A stretch of 62,995 nt of DNA, the filler included, from Stramenopiles sp. TOSAG23-3 (Eukaryota), in the NCBI GenBank assembly GCA_900128585.1. It is 36 parts of 36 records of this genome, joined end to end, with 100 filler letters (N's around TTAATTAATTAA, not from the genome) between each part and the next. Parts side by side here need not be neighbours in the genome. Positions count along the whole stretch, not along the records: positions 54,395 to 56,036 come from LT645584.1; positions 56,137 to 57,776 come from LT645585.1; positions 57,877 to 59,516 come from LT645586.1; positions 59,617 to 61,256 come from LT645587.1; positions 61,357 to 62,995 come from LT645588.1; 31 more parts are not named here. One strand, 5' to 3'. Positions 56,036 to 62,995 of the stretch are shown here, piece by piece. Numbering within the stretch: position 1 is the first letter of the stretch; every line of letters begins with the position of its first letter. Below the pieces are notes generated by a model that was not told the origin of the DNA, searched no databases, and was given only the letters and a program-made list of their open reading frames with translations. A program made the translations under genes and the position numbers.

Positions 56036-56431
56036 ANNNNNNNNNNNNNNNNNNNNNNNNNNNNNNNNNNNNNNNNNNNNTTAATTAATTAANNNNNNNN
56101 NNNNNNNNNNNNNNNNNNNNNNNNNNNNNNNNNNNNAAATAAAAGCTAAAATATTTCTATCAAAAAAATATCGGCGGTGATGGTGGTGGTGTGGTTCATT
56201 TTTTAAAATTTATTATTATATTATTAAAAAAACAATTTGATTGAACAAACGACGAAGTCCGTGCACTGAACATTTGAAACTGTTTAGTTTACTATTAAAT
56301 TTTGTATTATAAATAAGACCAATATGTACTAATCGAAATCGATAGGTAGTCAACGAATGAATTCTGTTCATATGTTGCCCCCCAATATCCTGCTCGTCTA
56401 AATCGCACAAGACACCATTTTGTTCTGATTC

Positions 56432-57776
56432 ATGTGGCTTTCCCCCCTGAGTGCTGGTGGTCGACGCGTCTGTCGATCGACTCTCCGAAGGCTGTTTCAT
56501 GGGAGATCCCGACCAACATCAGACGCATCGAAGAGGACGAAGGAGATACTGTCGGAGCCGGTGCTGGATGGAAAGTCTTCAGAGACTCCATTTGCTACTC
56601 GCGTTTTTTCTGTATTAGATTTGAAAACTTTCTCAGAAGATGAGCTTCACGCTTCGTTCGACCGATTAGACGAGAACCACGACGATACCATAGACAAGGA
56701 AGAGCTGAGGTCGGCGATTCGGTCGATTCATAAAGGCGGGAACACGAGCGAAATAGATGATTTTGTAGACGTGCTGTACGACTATGAAATAAAAGGCCAG
56801 AAAGAGGCCGCGGGGGGGATCACGTACCCACAGTTCAGAGAGCGGACAAAGCAATTGGCAGAAAGTTTAGACCCCAGAGTGAAGCCTATGACGGCGATGT
56901 TCCTTTGCAGCGGAATGAGCATTGGGATCATAATTCCGATCATGCCGCAGCTTGTTCAAGCGTTGGAAATTTCGAGCAGTGAGTACGGGCTCATAGTTGG
57001 CGCTTTTGCGGGTGCCAAAATGTTTGCAAACGTACCAACGGCGTCGCTCGTCGATCGATTCGGTAGGAAGCCTATAATAACGGGTGGAATGATGGTTGTG
57101 GGAGCCTCGCTCGGTTGCATCGGGCTGGCGAGTGCCTACACACACATCATGCTCTGTAGGGCGTTTACAGGAATTGGTGTCGCAGCGTTTGTAACGGGCG
57201 CGACAATGTATTTAAGCGACATCTCAACGCCTCTGAATCGTGCGAAGACTATGGCACCTCCGAACGTTGCGTTTGGGGCGGGAACGGCCGTGGGACCGGC
57301 AATTGGGGGTATTCTTTCTGACACCATAGGGATCTCAGGATCATTTTTTCTGGTGGGAGGATCTTTCGGCTTAATTGCGATTGCCAACCAGGCGATCATG
57401 CCAGAGTCGGCCCAGGACAAACCATTGTCTGTTGAAGGCGCGGATAGCAAAGAAACGCAGTCCACGTTCGATCAGTGGAAAGAGCTGTTGCAGGACTCTC
57501 GAATTGTCAACATGATACTGCTCAACTCAGGTTACTGGTTTGTACTCAGTGGCTCCCAGCTCACGTTGCTTCCTCTGATGTTGGTTGGGGAACAGTTTCA
57601 GCTGAGTGCCTCTGCCATCGGGGGAATATTTGCTGCCTCCAGCGTTGTTGGTGTAATATTCACTCCGCTTGCAGCGAAACTTTTGGACAAAGTTGGCCAG
57701 GTCCAGTGTATTGTCCCTGCGTGCTTTGCAATCGGCAGCAGCATGGCATTTGTCCCCCTGGCTGGTCACAACATCA
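56432..57776 (+). CDS. EF-hand-fused MFS transporter (DHA1-like) with a transit-peptide-like N-terminus (3'-partial)
   Basis: FDRLDENHDDTIDKEEL EF-hand; SLVDRFGRKP (MFS motif A); CRAFTGIG; GTAVGPAIGG (motif C). Confidence 0.9.
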
Positions 57777-57876
57777 NNNNNNNNNNNNNNNNNNNNNNNN
57801 NNNNNNNNNNNNNNNNNNNNTTAATTAATTAANNNNNNNNNNNNNNNNNNNNNNNNNNNNNNNNNNNNNNNNNNNN

Positions 57877-59516
57877 TTACTTCCGAAACTGACAGGTTCG
57901 TCCTCTCTGCAACGGTCCTCGACTATGCCCGTCACCCGAAACGAGATAAGGGTCGCGCAAGAAGAGGTGGACACTGTGCATGCCTTATCCAAATTGGGGT
58001 TCATCGGGGGTACCAAGGCTGCGTCGGAGGGTTTCAAACCGCCCGGGAAAGTGCCGCGAAAAAACTCGATTGTGGACGTACTGTCTTTCAAAAAGAAAAC
58101 CGACTCCGCGCTTAGTGCAGCCCACTCGTGGCAGTTTCGAGCGAGCATGCAGTCCAAAGACGGCTGGCTATCGCACCTGCATAGAAACCTTAACAATAGT
58201 CATATAAAAACCTTGGAAGGAGATTCTCTTACTGAAAAGCAGAAGGAAAAAAGAGACAGTATCAAGCAAGCCGTTTTGGATGAAGTAGATAAGATCGATA
58301 GATCTATTTCGTACACGAAAGCATTTTCGAAGGAAGTAGTTCCTGACAATGCGAAGCGGTACGATCCCCTCAAAGTAGTTGCGGATTACGATGTCTTAGA
58401 AACGCAAGTTGTGCTCGGGAAAGAAGCGGGCTTAACGCGTCAGAAACTCATAGAAAATGAGCTTGCCAAGAGCTTCAAAAGAAACAAAACCCACCCCGCC
58501 TCCTTAAAAGTAAGCATGAGCAAAGTAGCAATAGCAGACCAGGCGTTCCCTTTTCGAACAAAGGATACCCTTCTACACAAGTTCATGGACGTTGGGCAGT
58601 TAGACAGCAGGCACGTCACGTACAGTGACCTGCTCCACAACGCCGCACTCGTAGATATGCAGGCCAAGGAGTATCGCAGTGCATTAAAGAAGTTAGACGG
58701 TGCCCTCATGGCGAATAGAAAGCACTATCCTTCGTTTTTCAACCGTGCGAAGCTGTATGTTGTGTTGGGGCAGAAAGGCAAAGCAGTGAAGGATTTTTTG
58801 GTGTGCAGCAAGTTGAAGCCCAAGTCCCCTGCGGCATTCTACAATATTGGGATTGTTTACAGCATGGGAAACAAGCAAGAACTTGCCAGCAAGTACTTCA
58901 AGCTGGCGCACGACGTTGATAGCGATAACTTCCAAGTCCTCAGCAATTTTGCCCTCTGCTTAAGGCGAGACGGAATGTACGGCAAAGCGAGGCATGAGTA
59001 CGTGCTCCTGAAAGAGCACTACCGTTTGGAAAATGCCAAGTTGCTACGAAAATGTGTTCTGGAAAAAATTCTTAACGACAGAGACGCCAAAACAAAGTTT
59101 TTCCCAGGCTCAAAAACGAAAACATTGCCAAAGCACTTCGAATTTGGAACAAGGAAATCACGAACGTACATTCGAGAATGTTACGACGAAAACATAAAGA
59201 TGGATAAAAAAACGAAAGATGACATGAAAGCCGAAGCAATTCACACGCTGCTTCACAACCCCCACTCAAAGTTCCCGATGAGCGACTACAAACTTGAAGA
59301 CATGCCCATATACCTTAACCCGTACCTTACGGGGGGGTTTCTATCTTCCAAGGATGAGGAAGACGAAGAAGCAGGGGCTCACGAAATTCTAACGACGGTG
59401 CCACCGCACGAACGAACGCCAGAGGACATTGATGTTATCATGAAAGAACTAGGTGCTTTGCAATTTATGGAAAGATTTCCTCATACGTTAAGGCGGAAAC
59501 TATGGGAGCTGTTTAC
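57877..59516 (+). CDS. TPR-repeat protein, probably followed by a cyclic-nucleotide-binding domain (both ends partial)
   Basis: SFFNRAKLY...AVKDF, AFYNIGIVY, LSNFALCLRRDG (TPR). The terminal PPHERTPEDIDVI...LQFMERFP...RRKL is typical of the segment before cNMP domains. Confidence 0.78.
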
Positions 59517-59616
59517 NNNNNNNNNNNNNNNNNNNNNNNNNNNNNNNNNNNNNNNNNNNNTTAATTAATTAANNNNNNNNNNNNNNNNNNNNNNNNNNNN
59601 NNNNNNNNNNNNNNNN

Positions 59617-61256
59617 TTTAAGCGCCCGTCCCACTGGTCGTCTGCACTGCCAAACGATACGTTTTCATCCGTTGGTGCTAGCACATGAAGGTAGACGGGG
59701 TAAATGCTCTCTCCAAAGAATCGTTTGAGCAGCCCACCGTACGTACGGTCAATGTCCACCAACACCATCGCCTTCTGGAGCCGTGCTTCCAGCCGCTGGT
59801 TGTCGCGGACACGGTCGTACGAGTCTGACATGATGGCAATCAAAAGGTTCATCGCGACGATCGGGACCAAAAACATGTAGAGGGACCCGGCAATCAATGC
59901 CGCGTTGCTGGTGACGTCGGACGCACCGATGAACTGATCAATGTCCCAGTTCCCGAGCAGCATATCGTACCCGGTCAAGAAGGACGACCAGCTTTTAAAG
60001 TTGTCGTCCCCTTTAGCCAACAATCTTGAAAACGAGGTGGTAAACCCAACCAAGAGTACAATTTGAAGGGCAAGAAAAGGGCGCATGTCTGAGATGATCT
60101 GCGTCATCATGCGGACAAGCGAGCCGCTCCACTCAAACGCACGAAGAAAATTAAGAAATTGAAAACTGAGCACAATAATGGCGCAGCTAGAGACTACGTT
60201 GACAGCTGGTTCCGTTGCCCTGTCGTACAACCGACTGACTGCGACGGCCCCGGCTGCCATGGTATAGGCGCACAGGTCCAGGACATTCCACCCAGAAGAA
60301 AAGTGTGCAGCAACACCATCTTTCCATAGTTGCCTGGCTTCTTCGTGAAAAAATGAGAACGAGAGGAGTACGGTTATGTACGGCGCAACAGTGAGGGTCG
60401 GTTTGTTCCCGTCAAGAATTCCTTGATCGACCGAAAACCACCCGACCAAACACAGAAACAGGCATGTCCGAACGATTTGAACTGTTCGCCCGTACCGGTG
60501 CCATTTGAAGTCTACAGCATACCGCATTGTGTCCGTTTCCATCGCTTTCAGATTTTCGCTCCGAACAATGCTGTCGAATGGTCCATCAAGTGCAAGAAAC
60601 CCTTTCATCCCAATGACGTACGAAGAGACGGGGACGTCGGTCCCTCCATCGTCGCCGTCTTCGTCCGTTGCCCATTCGACGAGCCTGCAGCACATGGACG
60701 GTTTGTATTTGTACTTTGATTGCAGTGCCAGCCTGGACACTTTCCTTGTCCATGGGGAATCTCGTTTGCACAGTTGCAGTGTCTGCACCAGGACATCCGG
60801 GTACTTGTCGATGGAACTGTTTTTGCCAGTCTTGGTGTCTAACCCGACGCAAGCCGGGGTCAGCTCGTTTGGAAAGCGTTCGAAAAGTTTCGCGACGATC
60901 AGGGCGGACAGTTCGTGGTCCGATTTGGCCAGGGCAATGTCCAGTATGCTTTGTTTCTTGGCGTTTTCGATGGGGTATATACGATTGGAGGCTTGCAGGA
61001 GCGAACGAAAAAGGTTTAGTTGGTCCGTTTTTTTAAAATAGTGCAGAAGTGTGTCTCCGTCGCGGTACTTTAAGTTTGGGGCCTTGGCCCATTTTTTGAT
61101 GTTGCTTTCGGCAGGGAATGGTTGCACAGTGAGTTTCCTGTCACCGCCACCAGATGCAACCCACTCATTGTCTGGCAAAAACGCGCACGTATTAACATCA
61201 TAATCATGCTCAAAGGTGTGTTTGATGTCACCGGTTTTTAGATTCCTTACAATGAG
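59617..61256 (-). CDS. TRP-type cation channel with an N-terminal WD40 repeat and ankyrin-like linker (both ends partial)
   Basis: Upstream of the listed ORF: HTFEHDYDVNTCAFLPDNEWVASGGGDRKLTV (WD40). Then FKWHRYG, EEARQL, SGWNVLDL, FLRAFE, IISDMRPFL, MLLGNWD, MNLLIAIMSDSYDRV. Confidence 0.9.
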
Positions 61257-61776
61257 NNNNNNNNNNNNNNNNNNNNNNNNNNNNNNNNNNNNNNNNNNNN
61301 TTAATTAATTAANNNNNNNNNNNNNNNNNNNNNNNNNNNNNNNNNNNNNNNNNNNNGCCCTATTTAAATTATATAAAATATCCTCCTACTTCTTGCTTCA
61401 TCAAAACAAAATAGACACCACTCTCCTCTTTTATTATTACGAATATTATTAATAAAAAATAATAATAAAATATTAAATTATTAATTATATATTTTTTTAA
61501 ATTTTTTAGAGAGGAGGAGGAGAAGAAGAAGAGAGAGTAGTAGTATAATATTTATTAATAAATAATAAAATAAAAATATTTGTGTAGTCAGCTCTACTAA
61601 TAATAATGATGATCTCTTTCTTCTGCCGGTGGTGAATAAATTCCAGTCAATCCGAGGACGCTAAAGTTCAACTGCCAAAAGAAAGAAATAATATCCCAGA
61701 TCTCTTGCTCAGAGGGATCTCGTTGCCAGAGCAATTATCACTTTCGTTGCTTTCGAAGGGTTTCACGTTGAATGAC

Positions 61777-62995
61777 ATGCGAACAGTACAGTCGCTTCGT
61801 AGATTCTTCATTCTCGGTGAGAGACGTCTTATCCGAGGTTGGGTTCACCCACCTAGAATTCAAGTCTCATGTGTAGGAGCATGTAGCGGTCCCCGTTGCT
61901 TTTCAGTTGAAAGTGACACGCTAGCCGTACCATTTAAAATATCAAAGAAGGAAGCGGCTCGGAAATTCGATCATTGGATAAGCAAAGGGGGGGGGAAGTC
62001 TTTCCTCCGTTTTGGAGAAAAAATTGGGCACACCAAAGTGGAGCCGTGCTTTCTACCTTTCTATGTTTTTGACGGGTCTCTGAACGTCGAATTTAGGGGA
62101 GGCTTGGGATACACAACGTCTTACACAAACAAAGACGGCCACAGACGCACAAAGACGAAGTGGTATTATAAGAATAATATCCAGATTTCTTCAGCAGTGG
62201 CTTTGGCGAACCGGAAGGAGATGTACTATTACGCCGGTTATGATTTTCGCCGTAAGTACGTTATTCAAGCAATGGCGGGAACCCCACTGAAAGATGCAGA
62301 GCCAATGTCGCACCGGTCGCACCCCCGCAACTTGAAAATATTCCCATTTGAAACGAAGCCTTCCCTTGCATTCAGCACTGTGGAGGAAGAGCGTGTTGTC
62401 AAAATGGGCGAAAAAGTTGCCAATTCTTATCTTCGAAGCCGTCCATCGGACAAATTTGAGAGCGAAAGTTTGTTTGCTTTGTACAGGTTCGCTTGTCCAG
62501 CGGAGGATTGGGAACAGCCAGATTCTTTCAGTGTAACGAGTCTGAGGACGACTATCAGCGGTGCCAAATTTCATGACTCGGGTGTCGTGTATTTGCCTGT
62601 CTACGTGGTATCTTACACGCGGAACCACAAACAGTTCAGAGCGTTTGTCAACGGTGCCACCGGATCTGTTGGTGGTCTAGTGCACATCAACTCCTCAGAT
62701 GCAGCGTTGGTGTTTTCCGGCATTGGAGCCTTTTTTGGATGCGGTCTGGCAACGGTACTGGTAAGATCTGGTGGTCCCATCATGGCAGGCTGGGGGGTTA
62801 TGGCTTCAGCGTTTCTTGGTGCGCAGTTTGGCATTTGGTTAGCTGGTTACCGTGAAAGCCAGTGGGAAAAAGAACGCGAACAACAATTAAGAGAAGAGGA
62901 GCGAAATAGAAGGTGGCTTAAAGATGGATTGTGGCAGCGGAAATTGGAATTTTTCCGTCACAACGAAAGCAGAAGGAGAAGGGGAGCAAGACGCG
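61777..62995 (+). CDS. Conserved hypothetical membrane protein (3'-partial; absent from ORF track)
   Basis: Open from ATG 61777 to the window end. Arg-rich leader, AVPFKISKKEAARKFDHW, FLPFYVFD, VYLPVYVVSY...FRAFVNGATGSVGG, two TM helices and a charged tail. Confidence 0.82.
   Translation, partial: MRTVQSLRRFFILGERRLIRGWVHPPRIQVSCVGACSGPRCFSVESDTLAVPFKISKKEAARKFDHWISKGGGKSFLRFGEKIGHTKVEPCFLPFYVFDGSLNVEFRGGLGYTTSYTNKDGHRRTKTKWYYKNNIQISSAVALANRKEMYYYAGYDFRRKYVIQAMAGTPLKDAEPMSHRSHPRNLKIFPFETKPSLAFSTVEEERVVKMGEKVANSYLRSRPSDKFESESLFALYRFACPAEDWEQPDSFSVTSLRTTISGAKFHDSGVVYLPVYVVSYTRNHKQFRAFVNGATGSVGGLVHINSSDAALVFSGIGAFFGCGLATVLVRSGGPIMAGWGVMASAFLGAQFGIWLAGYRESQWEKEREQQLREEERNRRWLKDGLWQRKLEFFRHNESRRRRGARR

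Noticed and set aside
1667-61356. Regular 1.75-kb periodicity and palindromic TTAATTAATTAA repeats
   Set aside because: These are artificial linkers between length-sorted contigs. ORFs ending in X...LIN are truncation artefacts.
1-62995. rRNA, tRNA, spliceosomal introns or a non-standard genetic code
   Set aside because: None recognised. Long frames translate cleanly with the standard code and end at normal stops. Short introns near gene starts cannot be excluded by eye.

Overview
This is not one locus. It is 36 unrelated genomic contigs of about 1.64-1.67 kb, sorted by decreasing length and joined by an artificial 100-nt linker (N44-TTAATTAATTAA-N44), so neighbourhood across linkers means nothing and most genes are truncated. 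The content fits an intron-poor, flagellated microbial eukaryote (RSPH14, two SHIPPO-repeat proteins, importin-9, NKAP, USP7-like, SAPS, mitochondrial MnmA; AT-rich low-complexity intergenic DNA). A marine stramenopile MAG/SAG is my inference. Three CDSs are missing from the supplied ORF track because they run off contig ends: a HAD-like/aldo-keto reductase fusion (3-1343), a REEP/HVA22 C-terminus (45320-45574) and a membrane protein (61777-end). The most notable items are (i) a divergent family-A (TVpol-type) primase-polymerase typical of virophages and Polinton-like viruses, (ii) an LRR gene whose 84-nt repeats are identical in the scaffold but vary only at codon positions 1-2, mostly on the exposed strand, (iii) a dispersed MITE family in 6 contigs plus a separate 437-bp TIR element with a target-site duplication, and (iv) several unusual domain fusions. 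All family calls come from motif recognition by eye; no searches were run. I cannot demonstrate a complete new multi-gene system from these fragments.
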